Virus record (IMG/VR): IMGVR_UViG_3300036790_000231
Location: 1 to 64,000 of that record
Direction: 5' to 3' (one strand)
Source of the DNA: a virus
DNA: 64,000 nucleotides
The position numbers were made by a program, and so were the translations under genes. Position 1 is the first letter of the stretch. The number at the start of each line of letters is the position of its first letter. Below are positions 50,101 through 59,173 of the stretch, piece by piece. Below the pieces are notes generated by a model. That model saw nothing but the letters and a program-made list of their open reading frames with translations, was not told the DNA's origin and searched no databases.

Positions 50101-51866
50101 GTTTCACCTTTTTCAATAGAAATCTGCTCTTGTCTTCTAGCTTCAGCAAGAGAAACAGATGCACCTTCAGCAGCTAGTCTTGCACTCTTTTCAGCAAAAA
50201 CAAGATCGGTAATATTTTTAAGAGCTTGTTCACGCGCTTCAGTAAGAGCAATCTGTGAATCTCTTACTTGTAATTGCGCATCATTTAATTGTATATTAGA
50301 ATTTACTAGCTGTTGATTAGCAGAAATAAGTGTAGATTGATTTTGTAATTCTTTAATTTTCCCAGCATTAGGTTCAAAGTAGGCAGTTTTTTCTGCTTCG
50401 CTTTTAACTGATACTGCTTGGAAAATTGATTTGAATCTAAGTAAAGCCGCACCAGCAATCGATATCATCGGAATAAGCTGACCAACTCCTGAAATAAACG
50501 CTCCTCCAAGAGCTGCACCTGCCTCACTTGCAGCAGAAGCAACAGATATTAAACTTCCAACTAAGCTATCTACTCCAGTAACTAATTGCTGAGGGACTGC
50601 GGCAATAAAAACCTCTTTTACCCCTTGTACTGCTGAAGCTACGCCAGTAAGTCTAAATTTTAGAAAGTCTAAATGAGCACCAATCGCTTCAAATGTTTCT
50701 CCAAAATCTCCTCTTTTGAAAGACGCTACTATTCCACCAGTAGATTCAAGAAGAGCTTTGCGGGCAATCTTAGAAGCTTCCTCCGCTTTGGATCCCCATT
50801 TCAGTGCATCTTCTCCACCAAGCTCAAATTGCCTGCTTAATGAGCTAAAAGCTCTAGCAAAATCTTGTGCTCCCCGTTTAGCCTCATTCTCAGTTAATTG
50901 GCCAGATTTTAATTTAGAAAGCCATCTATCGTACGCACTGGTAATATCATTGATCTTTTGCTTTAATTCTGCATCATCAAAACTCTTACCAATATTAAAT
51001 GACTCGCTTCTTAATCTCTCCGAATCAGCAATTAATCTACCATATTCCTCATGAACTGGTCCAAGAGAATTAGCCAAACTTTTATATTCTCTACTAAAAG
51101 CATCTATATAATTTTTTTGCTCTTGCTGAGATTTTCCTGTTTGATCTAGGGTAGATCTATAATTTTGAAGAGCCTGATCTAAATCCTTAATTGAATTAAT
51201 TTGTTTTTGCGCATCAGTAGATAAAGAAATTGGTTGACGAGAAGATGGCTCTAAAGTTTGTAATGCTTTTGCAGAAGCGCGCGCCTGCTCGGCTAAATCT
51301 CTTAACTTAGTAGCTTCTTGACTGGCTATATCAAATCTTTTAGAAAGAGAATCAAGTGATCCCCCTAATGCAGTATATTCTCTACGTGCATCTCCTAAAT
51401 CCTTATTACCACTTTTTATCTCTTGCCCAAGATTATCAAATCTATCAACAATTTCATCAACTTTTTTATTTAAATCATCTGAGGCTCCGCCTGTTTTCTC
51501 AAACTCAGCAGCAGTTTCAGCCATTGCGTCTTGAACATCAGTAGTTTTTCTTCCAAGATTCTCATGAGAAGATGCCGTATCATCTACCGACTTCTTATGA
51601 CGATCTAAACTACCAGTAGCATCATCTATATCTCTACCAAGATTACGAGCGGATTGGGATCCTCTAACTTGCTCTTCTCGTAATCTTCTAGCCTTTTCCT
51701 CAGCATCCTCAGATTTATCACCAAGCTTTTCAATATCTTTGGCAACACCCTCAGCACTAGAAGTTCCAGTTAATCTATCTAACTCAGCTTTAAGCGCAGC
51801 TACTTTAGCACTTGCTTGATCTTTTGCGCGAAGAAGTATCTCAATTATGTAGTCACTGTCGGCCAA
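44124..51866 (-). CDS. tape measure protein with NlpC/P60-like and lytic-transglycosylase-like domains
   Basis: 2580 aa, helical repeats; YVYGGGH...DCSG...H (~47150-47450); AAISLAESAGNP...GLYQI...AW (~46510-46810). Confidence 0.93.
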   Translation of the reverse strand: MADSDYIIEILLRAKDQASAKVAALKAELDRLTGTSSAEGVAKDIEKLGDKSEDAEEKARRLREEQVRGSQSARNLGRDIDDATGSLDRHKKSVDDTASSHENLGRKTTDVQDAMAETAAEFEKTGGASDDLNKKVDEIVDRFDNLGQEIKSGNKDLGDARREYTALGGSLDSLSKRFDIASQEATKLRDLAEQARASAKALQTLEPSSRQPISLSTDAQKQINSIKDLDQALQNYRSTLDQTGKSQQEQKNYIDAFSREYKSLANSLGPVHEEYGRLIADSERLRSESFNIGKSFDDAELKQKINDITSAYDRWLSKLKSGQLTENEAKRGAQDFARAFSSLSRQFELGGEDALKWGSKAEEASKIARKALLESTGGIVASFKRGDFGETFEAIGAHLDFLKFRLTGVASAVQGVKEVFIAAVPQQLVTGVDSLVGSLISVASAASEAGAALGGAFISGVGQLIPMISIAGAALLRFKSIFQAVSVKSEAEKTAYFEPNAGKIKELQNQSTLISANQQLVNSNIQLNDAQLQVRDSQIALTEAREQALKNITDLVFAEKSARLAAEGASVSLAEARRQEQISIEKGETTGIITAEEQVKAAELAKKKADWEVPWAEREANIARRRGVEGARSVVSARQSLVSSHQAVTQAEQAHSAAARERQITLLQAAQPSSSETSQEAQYQQLLSQMSGPEKALVKVLSNLEKQLKSPDSPLKKITDYFIEPFEEAALKLESLLGSGSFLEPIDNLAQAMGSSLKKYKNEIFGEKGTSFFEEMSKDATDNLPIVTSAILHLMNLFQDIAKAADPAFKKMSEDWDNFWAKLDTKYSTPEGVNDLKEFFTGAVKYAEGFAHLGSSIGSLFLAIGHDAAPQGLKTVTTFSESVERATKWVESNGPKVTKFFREAREGLSLIGGVLLTLGKEFIEVFNLSNLGAFSTFLKVVLIPGLGNVVKIVGTLTNILLKFFNLFGAPGRILLEGFGTILAGIFVITKVMKYKSAVMGTIGVVKGLYSALKIMFEGGTGREAWEALTSAVTKNKQAIEETKVAQEALNDERVVGGAESAGGAGAVSTAEHDAGSSTESDLIAGGEGAVGAIGISAADLVGAVLVPVVVAGGVAYILDKSTANLGQTYSSQGIPTTGNFGDELGRDIHHAFSLSSLGDAVTGNYAGFAQNVFGEENSSESSLRKFGNLLQENKGKIQNLSNGALEEISLEATKLAHNPALHQWKKKLEELAKAYSPATRAAQLFSENTKKYFESLGPVTAKVSKSFESIKESTEFIFKQVKERVKTNIESIAEDLGLHSKQGKEALISNFGSAETAIDEAMRKGTVSTAKGMKEIKELVSEALSKYGISNTEIQGSRNQQYRHENFSEPNNASGGGVPEYMRASGGWMNASPGGHSYRVGEAGHDEIALTTDPRHASRQASLLDEYLSRAPAVRSMAEGGTVSALRAFHASFGGTHMARVLAAADLVSNMNLPYVYGGGHTEPARLGDGVDCSGGVSFVTQQGGYKVPTTVSGDIGSWGFPSGEGLVTIFFNGDHTFMRIGDRYWGTSGFARQKDNGGAGWFESSPSASYLAGFNAVHLPDVEGTKAWISAAKTLENHGQQLTDIGKGKGAASFISAVQASAGKGGGALGLLQQIVAPKVKGGALIGKVVQGALNTATGAANQFLEKLGESSGAGIETSSSAGGSYNRSRLENLWDKEGGPRGMARIMAAISLAESAGNPLAESPVSDEGSHAEGLYQIEMPMNAADVPGGNAKNPIANTIGAIKILASQGLGAWETFVSGDYLKFMASGGAVKRLKEFASGGRAPWGGSPVPIIAHEGERIMNPSQYSEAARLAGTSPSGLDSHMGFNSSSPRQHFADGGIPRVIGSSAQASSSSNAISSSIARFMPTLLEMNPNEQAEFSNIQKFFKSLSKAFKGIKKFSSESGKYDKYIEEFSNEIGAANGLLEKMKTGREKRTELSTSSNIQKVFSSKGKIVKRVIGEPGTEGLDIRTMEKESQDMKKELGKINQLKNETMSQVSHVETEKSSPKRTAALNNLRARYNKLIEEQDNLSKAMSENIENRYSDQTQQIQDQVSKLESSYNVISQEQTSQESTAQSKGQYGQVQVLNKQIAASANKQIQNLQKPLKEAEKIGNTEEVNTIKQSIASLNQTIATAAMERINALQSEVNQAYQETESGITSEQGIAQALGNFVKVKEMDQQIISTTTGYIVQLENVLHEAEREGESSRVASIKEEISGLKQIVTNAVVEQITSAKSQMEQESSSKQSEVSLLQSKSKIAAERGNNKEAGEYEQSALIMKQGDLESERIKLLELKQQAHSSGAISEEAHFIEEINKNTEQLEENRLALQNNTAATVELLVKGIEASGSFNKSIYSNLAQGIETVGKITGVTNVKALKSATEGEAGALGTERSQLEATASGVGLGKVAGMSSQEILTWFASSEGQQTIKGLESSAHTEKEKETMRSLVSQLETNSLATEQNTEKMAELNGHLNQPQSFSTTAWEQYRGAFFNGMGGMLPAYAASLPASMRPENMPVYGSAAPGASSSTMIENLNLTHPVEVADPQLFSEELSHQIGQSPTAP

Positions 51867-52463
51867 CTACATCACCTCATTCCTAACAGAATGAAATTCT
51901 TCAATAACTATTTCTCTTTCTTCTATCTCTTTTTTAGTATAAGCACCTCCGCGACAATTTCTAAATTGGGCAAATTTTAGAACTATTTCTGCTTGTCTTC
52001 TCTTATTACATAAATAAGGAATAATATAAGGGAATGAATTACAAACATCTCTCTTATTTTGCAAACGCCATTGATAAGCTATTTTTCCAGAAACAGTTAT
52101 TTGGTTAAAGGTTACCTTTCCACCGTCCATTACAGTTACCAATACATCCAAAGGTTCTCTATGAACTTGAGCCACACTAATAAGAGGGCTTCGGAATAAA
52201 GGATGAGTCCCCTTTTTCTTTGTTAATGAAAAACATCCCTCCCCATCTAAAAACCCAGCAGCCCAAGCATACTCTAATTTTTCATCAAAAGATGGTTCTT
52301 TATAAACAAATGGCTCAATCTTTTTGATACCTTTTCTTTCATTAGTACATTGCTTGCAATGAGTTTGTAAACCATCGCTAGATCTAATAGAATGCCAAAA
52401 ATCACTAGCAGATTTCTTTATTCTGCATTTACTACATCTTTTATTTTCTATTAGATAGGCCAT
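51867..52463 (-). mobile_element. free-standing LAGLIDADG endonuclease with N-terminal Zn finger
   Basis: CSKC...CKQC, WAAGFLDGEG, PYL..KR.QA. Confidence 0.88.
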
Positions 52464-52464
52464 T

Positions 52465-52926
52465 TTAATGTTCTATTTTTGGAGGAGTAACCTTCGCTAA
52501 AGCTCTTCGTCCAGCTTTAAGGAATGGATCATTGTCCTCAATCTCTTTAAGTTCTTTTTCTTCTATTTCTGTTTCTTTAGGATCACGCCAAGCTACATTC
52601 TTTAATTTTTCATAGTAATCATTAAGAGAATCTATATATTTATTTCTAGTTCCCTTATCATCATCGTAATTTGAATTGGAATATAGAGCACTTATATGAT
52701 CGTTTCTTTTCTGATCTATTTCATCAACTAATTTTCTTCTAGTCCATATTTCATAAGCCTTAGTAAATCTTCTAGCAGGCCACTCCAGAAGTTCATTTAT
52801 AGTCTCAGGATGATGTCCTGAATATGACTCAAGTGCAGCAAGAGGAGTTAAAGTGCGCGGTTTTGATTCCTCTTCCTCGCCCTCTGCGTCGCTGTCAGAA
52901 CGTTTCTCCACCACTTTGTTAAAAAA
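52465..52926 (-). CDS. tail assembly chaperone, -1 frame extension (gpGT-like)
   Basis: The -1 frame entered at T TTT TTA (52926-52920) reads NKVVEKRSD... into ORF 52465..52914. Confidence 0.8.
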   Translation of the reverse strand, partial: FFNKVVEKRSDSDAEGEEEESKPRTLTPLAALESYSGHHPETINELLEWPARRFTKAYEIWTRRKLVDEIDQKRNDHISALYSNSNYDDDKGTRNKYIDSLNDYYEKLKNVAWRDPKETEIEEKELKEIEDNDPFLKAGRRALAKVTPPKIEH

Positions 52927-53546
52927 TACTCCAACTCTTCATAATTCTGCTCAATAAACAAAGTAAGCATCTCCTCGCCATCCCTGACCGACATGCCGCC
53001 CTCGTCAGTCGGTCTAGACCAAATATCAATTAAGAGATTTCTCTCTGAACGCGGCACCCTCAACCATATACACTGAGCTTCCGTAAGAAAATCAGGGATA
53101 TAAGAAGCTAATTTGAGAACGCTTTTCAGGATCGAGTCAATACCACCTAAGCTGCTACCAGCGTCAACTGACAAATGACCATCTCGGAAGGAGAGAGGAA
53201 GTTTTTCATCTGGCATTATTTTGTCAATAGAAAGACCATCAGGGCCACTCATCGCCTCATCCATCTTGCGCGAAAACAGTCCAGTAAACTCAATCATCGC
53301 ATGATATGAAAGAGGTTTTTGGTTATAAAATCTCTCAAAATGTTGAGGAATCAACTCGCCACCAACTTTAACCTCATAATCTGCTTGGAAGTGCCATTCT
53401 TTAGTCGGAATAGGCTTTTCGATATCATCCTCAGAAGTCACAAGAGGTAAATCTTTTTTCTCCTCTTTCCCCTCAGCTACAGCGCCAAGTTTTTCTTGAA
53501 GTATTTTCTCTGCTGCTGCCTCATCTGTTGAATCTTCTGTAGCCAT
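52848..53546 (-). CDS. tail assembly chaperone (gpG-like)
   Basis: Upstream of the TMP, slippery heptamer near its 3' end; AAGGA RBS. Confidence 0.8.
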   Translation of the reverse strand: MATEDSTDEAAAEKILQEKLGAVAEGKEEKKDLPLVTSEDDIEKPIPTKEWHFQADYEVKVGGELIPQHFERFYNQKPLSYHAMIEFTGLFSRKMDEAMSGPDGLSIDKIMPDEKLPLSFRDGHLSVDAGSSLGGIDSILKSVLKLASYIPDFLTEAQCIWLRVPRSERNLLIDIWSRPTDEGGMSVRDGEEMLTLFIEQNYEELEYFLTKWWRNVLTATQRARKRNQNRAL

Positions 53547-53577
53547 TTTATTCCTTTCTAACTTTCGCTTTATCTAG

Positions 53578-54111
53578 TTATCTAAGACTATCTGGTTGAA
53601 GTCTTAATTTTAGGATTGCTTTAAATTTCTCTTTCCAATAAGGTAATGTTACTAATCTCATGGCAGCATAAGTAGCTGCCATATAGTGTTGACCTTTTTG
53701 TCCTTTTACTGATTTTTGATATATAGAATGTATTCCATCTGGAGGAAGCTTCATATAATTAGCTCTAAAAGGATATATAGCGCTTGCATTATTTCCATAA
53801 ATACCAGTTCCCTTATCTACATAAATTGGATACAACATAGAGCCAGGGTTATATATAGAAGTGGAGTCCATAATTGCAGGAATACCTATTTCTGCAAGAA
53901 ATTCTATTCCAACATCAACAGGTCCATGACTTCCAACTGCCTCAGAAAGAGCTAGAGTTGATCCATGAGGAACAATTCCCTTTAAAAATCCCTCAGTATC
54001 ATCAGTAATTCCTTTGACCATATCGGACAAAGTTTGATGGACTGAATCTCCACTAAGTTTGCGCGTATTTGATTCTATACGAGCTACATATATTTGATTA
54101 TCATTTGCCAT
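53578..54111 (-). CDS. neck/tail completion protein (HK97 gp10-like)
   Basis: YPIYVDKGTGIYG, SVKGQKGQHYM; start moved to MANDNQ. Confidence 0.7.
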   Translation of the reverse strand: MANDNQIYVARIESNTRKLSGDSVHQTLSDMVKGITDDTEGFLKGIVPHGSTLALSEAVGSHGPVDVGIEFLAEIGIPAIMDSTSIYNPGSMLYPIYVDKGTGIYGNNASAIYPFRANYMKLPPDGIHSIYQKSVKGQKGQHYMAATYAAMRLVTLPYWKEKFKAILKLRLQPDSLR

Positions 54112-54238
54112 GAGCGTTTTTGAAGGACTGAGATTATAAAAAGCGTCGTGGATCAAGGGCCAATGGCCGAGATGCACGAGCGCGGCCTCGCCCTACGCTC
54201 ATCTACTACGATTTATATCATTTTTACAAAGAAACGTC

Positions 54239-54276
54239 AAGGGGGCGATGAGCGTCTATGAACCCATCGCCCCCTT
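54239..54276. terminator. hairpin after the major tail gene
   Basis: AAGGGGGCGATG/CATCGCCCCCTT 12-bp stem. Confidence 0.65.
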
Positions 54277-54292
54277 TTACTACTACTACTGC

Positions 54293-55273
54293 TTACCTAT
54301 ATACAACCTGATCAACAACTTCACCCATTGAATAGTCCGGATCTGAGACAACTGGGTCAGCAAATACCCTGAATGTTTGAGCAATAGTTTGTTGATTGCC
54401 AGACTTCATATACTCAAGGGTTGAAGCTTGAGGAGACTTCAGAACTCTACGCATAAGATGACCTCTTATTTTACCGGCAGAAGTTCCAACAGTTCTCTTA
54501 TGAAGAATAGCCATTCTACGTTCTGTATAAGCAGAAGGATTTCCTAGTCCCAAATGTCTCTCGTTAGGCGTCTGAGTTATATCAGTGGTGATTTCTCCAC
54601 CTTCCCAAGCAAACTGAATATTTTCTAAGCTTGTTTGAGCAAGAGGAGCATCAACTGTCATCTCCCATTCATCTGGAATAGCTAGAATAGCCGCCTGAAT
54701 CTGATCAATATCGATCATACTCTCAGTGTTATTCCTGGTAAGTTTTATTCCGCCTTTAGTGGAACCAAGCTCAGTCCAAGAACCAACCGGATCATAAAGC
54801 CCAAAACCTGCTTGAACTCTTTTAATTTCTGATGTAGCTTCTTCAGCAGTTTTTTTCAGCGTATTTTGAGCAATAACGATCAATGGTTGAGCATGATTCT
54901 CCAGTTCTCCAGCAAATTTAACTGTAATTGCATTTTTATCTAATCCTTCTGTTCCTTCACATTCCACACCTTCTTCTCCGATAGAAGGAAGTTCTTCCAG
55001 AGCTTTTTGTATATCTTCAGAACTCAATTCATTATATTTAAGTTCTTTAGTTTCATAAGACATAAAACCAAACGAAATGATACCAGTAGTAGGTTCTTTC
55101 GTTAATTTAGTAATTTCTTGTTCCTCATTAGTATAACCAGTAGTAGCAAGATTGATTATACTTCCTAATTTCTTAGGATAAGGAGTAGAATAAGGGGCTA
55201 CAAGAACACGAGCAGGGCCACGGATAATTCCGTCCCCCAGCGGTTCTACTCTCTCAAATCCACCCGTAGACAT
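54293..55273 (-). CDS. major tail tube protein with inserted domain
   Basis: IIRGPARVLVAP, WTELGSTKGG, IDIDQ, LENI..AW. Confidence 0.88.
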   Translation of the reverse strand: MSTGGFERVEPLGDGIIRGPARVLVAPYSTPYPKKLGSIINLATTGYTNEEQEITKLTKEPTTGIISFGFMSYETKELKYNELSSEDIQKALEELPSIGEEGVECEGTEGLDKNAITVKFAGELENHAQPLIVIAQNTLKKTAEEATSEIKRVQAGFGLYDPVGSWTELGSTKGGIKLTRNNTESMIDIDQIQAAILAIPDEWEMTVDAPLAQTSLENIQFAWEGGEITTDITQTPNERHLGLGNPSAYTERRMAILHKRTVGTSAGKIRGHLMRRVLKSPQASTLEYMKSGNQQTIAQTFRVFADPVVSDPDYSMGEVVDQVVYR

Positions 55274-55293
55274 GGGCTATTCCTTTCTTTTTA

Positions 55294-55614
55294 CTAAGAG
55301 CCCTGCGCAGGCGCGATGGGCGAGGGAGTGGACACAGTGACAGAAGGAATTGGTTTAGATTCGGAAGAAGAGACAGACTTGCCCGCTTCCTGATCCTTCA
55401 CAATTTCTATCTGAAATCCTTTATTAACTCTACTAAGCTCATTGGGTGTAATATATACTACATCCCCATTCAAATAAAGGGAACGTGATATACCGTTATC
55501 ACTTCTAAATAAATCTATTCTATTATTTGTATCACCTAACGATATATTGCCAATATATCTCACAGGGATCGAAGGCTCGACACCATCGACCGTAACTTTT
55601 GTAGCGTCGGCCAT
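55294..55614 (-). CDS. hypothetical virion-module protein
   Basis: AAGGA RBS; position in the structural operon. Confidence 0.65.
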   Translation of the reverse strand: MADATKVTVDGVEPSIPVRYIGNISLGDTNNRIDLFRSDNGISRSLYLNGDVVYITPNELSRVNKGFQIEIVKDQEAGKSVSSSESKPIPSVTVSTPSPIAPAQGS

Positions 55615-55630
55615 TTTCTTTCCTTTCAGA

Positions 55631-56287
55631 TCAGAAGCTTGTCTTCTGTACTTTATATTCTAAAAGTCTTCCTTGCAATATGCAAACTGGAGATGGTTCA
55701 TTTCTCACAAAAGGTTCGGATGTTTTTGCTACTGGAGGATTGGATATTTCTCCAGTTAAAACCCCACCCAGCGAAGCATTTTTTTTAATACTCATATGTA
55801 CTGCATCGGATAATCTTTGTAATTTACTATCCAGTTCTTCCTCTAATTTAATTCCTTCTTCATCATGTAAATTTTCTTGTTTAATAGGTTCTGATTTACA
55901 TAATATATCTATAAATAAGGTTGCTTCAACTACATCAAATTGATCAGGTTGAAAACTGGCTGGTTTAAAATCATGACAAGTAGTAGTTATATTTGGCCAT
56001 CTGTCTAGCGAAGCTTCCATCAATGATGGCTTTATACCAGTAAAAAAATTATTTTTTTCTACTTGAGGTATAAGTATTCTATTAAATTCAAATCCAGTAA
56101 TTTCATAGTATTCCTTATCTCTTTGATCCCAAGAATATTGTAACTGTTTAGTGATGGATGGTAAATATTTTATTAATTGCGCTTTGGCAGCTCGCTGAAC
56201 TTGCTCAGCTTCAATACCCTGTCCAACTGCTAAATGACTGTAATCATTTCCAAAAGGCTCAAATTCTTTTATAATTTCGTTAGCCAT
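55631..56287 (-). CDS. tail terminator-like protein
   Basis: Position before the major tail gene; start adjusted to follow the upstream stop. Confidence 0.55.
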   Translation of the reverse strand: MANEIIKEFEPFGNDYSHLAVGQGIEAEQVQRAAKAQLIKYLPSITKQLQYSWDQRDKEYYEITGFEFNRILIPQVEKNNFFTGIKPSLMEASLDRWPNITTTCHDFKPASFQPDQFDVVEATLFIDILCKSEPIKQENLHDEEGIKLEEELDSKLQRLSDAVHMSIKKNASLGGVLTGEISNPPVAKTSEPFVRNEPSPVCILQGRLLEYKVQKTSF

Positions 56288-56288
56288 T

Positions 56289-57236
56289 TTATGGGAAAGG
56301 ATAAAAACCAAGTGTTAACGGATCGAATGCTCCCCAATAACCTGTATAAAGCGGCTGATTGTCAAATGGATCCTTGGTCACATATCCCCTTGGACGACTC
56401 AATCGTTTCAAATTCCCATTAGCTTCCCAGCCTTCGTCAAATTCCAATGATGAAGCGGGCATGGGAACTGCCTTGCGTTGAGGCAGTTTAAATACGAGAA
56501 ATTGTAAATCACGCCAATTCTGTTCTAGCTCTTTGCATAATCTATCTCTTAATTTTTCCAGTGCTGTAATTGCTTCTGGATATGAAGTAATCTCCGTAGG
56601 GGATTGAGCAGTTTTCGTTCTTGCTTGTCTGGCCCAATAATCAATCCCTGGACTACAAAGCTCAAATGCCAATCTCTTAGAAAAATAGTCCAACTGAACT
56701 AACGGATATACTTCTGCCTCTTCATCGGCTTCAACCGCTTTACCAAGCACCCTTTCTTGAATTAGAACGGCATATTTCTGAACTCTTCTTTCGCCAAAAT
56801 TAGGATCTTTGATAAGGGCATAAAGAGTAGTTGGCATATGATCGGCTACTCCATCAACTATTGCACCTGTTTTTATCCCCAATCCAGGTCCGTGATCAGA
56901 AATTATTATAGGAAACTCTAAAGTCTCTTCATATTCCGAATCCTTAGAAATCCCCCACCATCCAAAATATTCTCCCTCAACTGCCACATCTGATTCAACA
57001 AATTGATATTTTACGTTATGCCCTTCTGCATCTTTTGGCCAAATTGATTCTCCTAACTCACCATTTATTAATGGTACTCTAGAAGTTAATGGCCTCATAA
57101 AGAATTTAACTTCAATTCCTTCGGTATTGATTGTTTCTTGTCCTCGCAAAATCGTATCGGTTAGGGGTGGATGGGTTACCCCTAACCGAACGATTACAGG
57201 ATTATTAGAAACTTTTGTACTAATGAATGTAGTCAT
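56289..57236 (-). CDS. head-tail adaptor with BppU-like N-domain
   Basis: VKFFMR...VKYQF...D....GEY..WW N-domain plus helical C-domain. Confidence 0.55.
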   Translation of the reverse strand: MTTFISTKVSNNPVIVRLGVTHPPLTDTILRGQETINTEGIEVKFFMRPLTSRVPLINGELGESIWPKDAEGHNVKYQFVESDVAVEGEYFGWWGISKDSEYEETLEFPIIISDHGPGLGIKTGAIVDGVADHMPTTLYALIKDPNFGERRVQKYAVLIQERVLGKAVEADEEAEVYPLVQLDYFSKRLAFELCSPGIDYWARQARTKTAQSPTEITSYPEAITALEKLRDRLCKELEQNWRDLQFLVFKLPQRKAVPMPASSLEFDEGWEANGNLKRLSRPRGYVTKDPFDNQPLYTGYWGAFDPLTLGFYPFP

Positions 57237-57239
57237 GAA

Positions 57240-57854
57240 TTAGGCTACTACTGCTGCTTCACCTTCGGAGTTTATATCAACCTCATTGGCTATCTCTGAT
57301 ACTTCTGTAGCTTCTCTTTCAAATTCAATAACAGCTGGCCTTCTAGCATGATTCATCTCATAAACTATAACTCCATTAACGCTATCATCGTCAAGGATCT
57401 CCATTTTCTCAAGTATATCTCTTACGCTCATAGCATCATATCCATTAAATGGCTCTCTCTCAGACGGAGCAACAAATTCAATTACAGTATTCCTATTCAG
57501 TCCACCACGCTCATATTGACGAACTTGCTCTACTTCATCAAATTTTAATTTCTTCATTCTATCTATTATTTCTTTTGGATGAAGTCCTACATAATCTTCA
57601 AAGGGAGGGTCAACTGTTTGACCGTTAGGAGCAATTCTTGCCCCCTCAGCAGTGGTTGCTTCCACCCTATATTTCTTTGCCTCTCTATCAGTAAGTGGTT
57701 CAAAAGTTTGTGTGTACCAATGAATTCCAGTACTTATTTGCTTTTTTATATGGTCACTAAGCTCCCAATCTGATACAACTTGACCGGGAAAATAATTCTG
57801 TGACTCGCCCTCAGAATCCATAGCAGTCGTTTGTTTTCTAACTAAATATGGCAT
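57240..57854 (-). CDS. hypothetical protein with two tandem helical repeats
   Basis: PFEDY..L...EII...V..YE....NR.TVIEF and PFNGYD.M...DIL...V..YE....RRPAVIEF. Confidence 0.75.
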   Translation of the reverse strand: MPYLVRKQTTAMDSEGESQNYFPGQVVSDWELSDHIKKQISTGIHWYTQTFEPLTDREAKKYRVEATTAEGARIAPNGQTVDPPFEDYVGLHPKEIIDRMKKLKFDEVEQVRQYERGGLNRNTVIEFVAPSEREPFNGYDAMSVRDILEKMEILDDDSVNGVIVYEMNHARRPAVIEFEREATEVSEIANEVDINSEGEAAVVA

Positions 57855-57878
57855 GATCTTTCCTTTTCCTTATATTTT

Positions 57879-59135
57879 CTAAAACGCCTTACCGAGTAAG
57901 AAGCACTGCGGCCTACGTAATCTGGGAAACCTTGAGCATCCTTGTCTAAAGTAAGTAGTCTTTGACTCGTGATCAATAATTATCTCAGATTGAGGTCCAA
58001 TCTCCTTACGTAGAGAATTCCATGTATCAGATATAACTACAGGGCCATCGGCAACATCTGCGATATTCTCACCCTCGAACACATAATTCGTAGTCATAAG
58101 AACCTCTCCATTTTGTAAATAAGTAGTCATAGCCGACTGACCACGATTATATCCAAGTTCAGTAGCAACTTCATTTGTTTCTTCTCTATAGCCAGAATCT
58201 GTAACGATCAGCTTAGGAGGTTCGGCAGCAACCCCACCCTGAGCATCTGATGGAGTCGAGCCCCACAGCAAGCTAAGAATGTCATCTACAGTCGGGAGAA
58301 AAGCATTCCTATCTGTATTGGTTAAATAACCTCTGGCTTGATTTGAGCGCTGCAATTTTTCATATGTATAAGAATTCATATGAATACAAGATCCATAAAC
58401 CCCTGTATCATTACCAATGATTTTCTGCCACGAACGAATATCGTCAATAGGAGTCGAATTTAACCTATCTGTCCATGGGACCGCAGCAGAAGGCTTATGA
58501 GTTTCTAAATAGTTATATTTTATTTCGTATGACTGACCGCCAGCATAATTTACAACAAGAGGATTACCCTTGAATACCTGCCAGCGCATAACTTCAGTCA
58601 ATCTCTCAAAGCGAAGCTGAAGAATTTTTCCAAGAGTGGCAAGATCTACACCGGCACGTGCTCTAATTGCTCCAACATCAGAAGTTAATCTAATATAAAG
58701 ATCCTCCGAAATAGGAGACATTTCATCAAGTAACAGAAGCTCTGTGACTTCCTCTGTATAATTGATCTTTGGATTATAAATTGCAGGAGTTGCATTTGGC
58801 GCTCTAAACTGGCCGATACCAAACGGAGCAACCTCGGCAATATCCCTGCGAATTAAGCGATCCATTACTGGTTTGAGCGGAGCAATATCTGCCCCAGGCG
58901 ATGGAATTGTCTCCCAGGCAGTCAGAAGAGCGCGTCTAACGATATCCGTAAGAGCGGCCTGCGGATAAAGATCAAAAACATTCAAGCCTACATCGCCAAC
59001 ACCAGGACTGGAGATTTCAGAACCTACACCGGCATCTCCTCCAGCAATAGGCATATAAACATTAGCGAACCACTCTTCGATTCTCCTACTATCATCTATT
59101 CTCTTATTTTCCTTTGTCATTTTGGCTTTTGCCAT
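57879..59135 (-). CDS. major capsid protein (lambda gpE-like)
   Basis: E.MRWQV..G, W......PIDDI..W, position after the decoration gene. Confidence 0.88.
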   Translation of the reverse strand: MAKAKMTKENKRIDDSRRIEEWFANVYMPIAGGDAGVGSEISSPGVGDVGLNVFDLYPQAALTDIVRRALLTAWETIPSPGADIAPLKPVMDRLIRRDIAEVAPFGIGQFRAPNATPAIYNPKINYTEEVTELLLLDEMSPISEDLYIRLTSDVGAIRARAGVDLATLGKILQLRFERLTEVMRWQVFKGNPLVVNYAGGQSYEIKYNYLETHKPSAAVPWTDRLNSTPIDDIRSWQKIIGNDTGVYGSCIHMNSYTYEKLQRSNQARGYLTNTDRNAFLPTVDDILSLLWGSTPSDAQGGVAAEPPKLIVTDSGYREETNEVATELGYNRGQSAMTTYLQNGEVLMTTNYVFEGENIADVADGPVVISDTWNSLRKEIGPQSEIIIDHESKTTYFRQGCSRFPRLRRPQCFLLGKAF

Positions 59136-59173
59136 GACTTATTTCCCTTTCCTATCTTGGTCAAAAGCCAATT

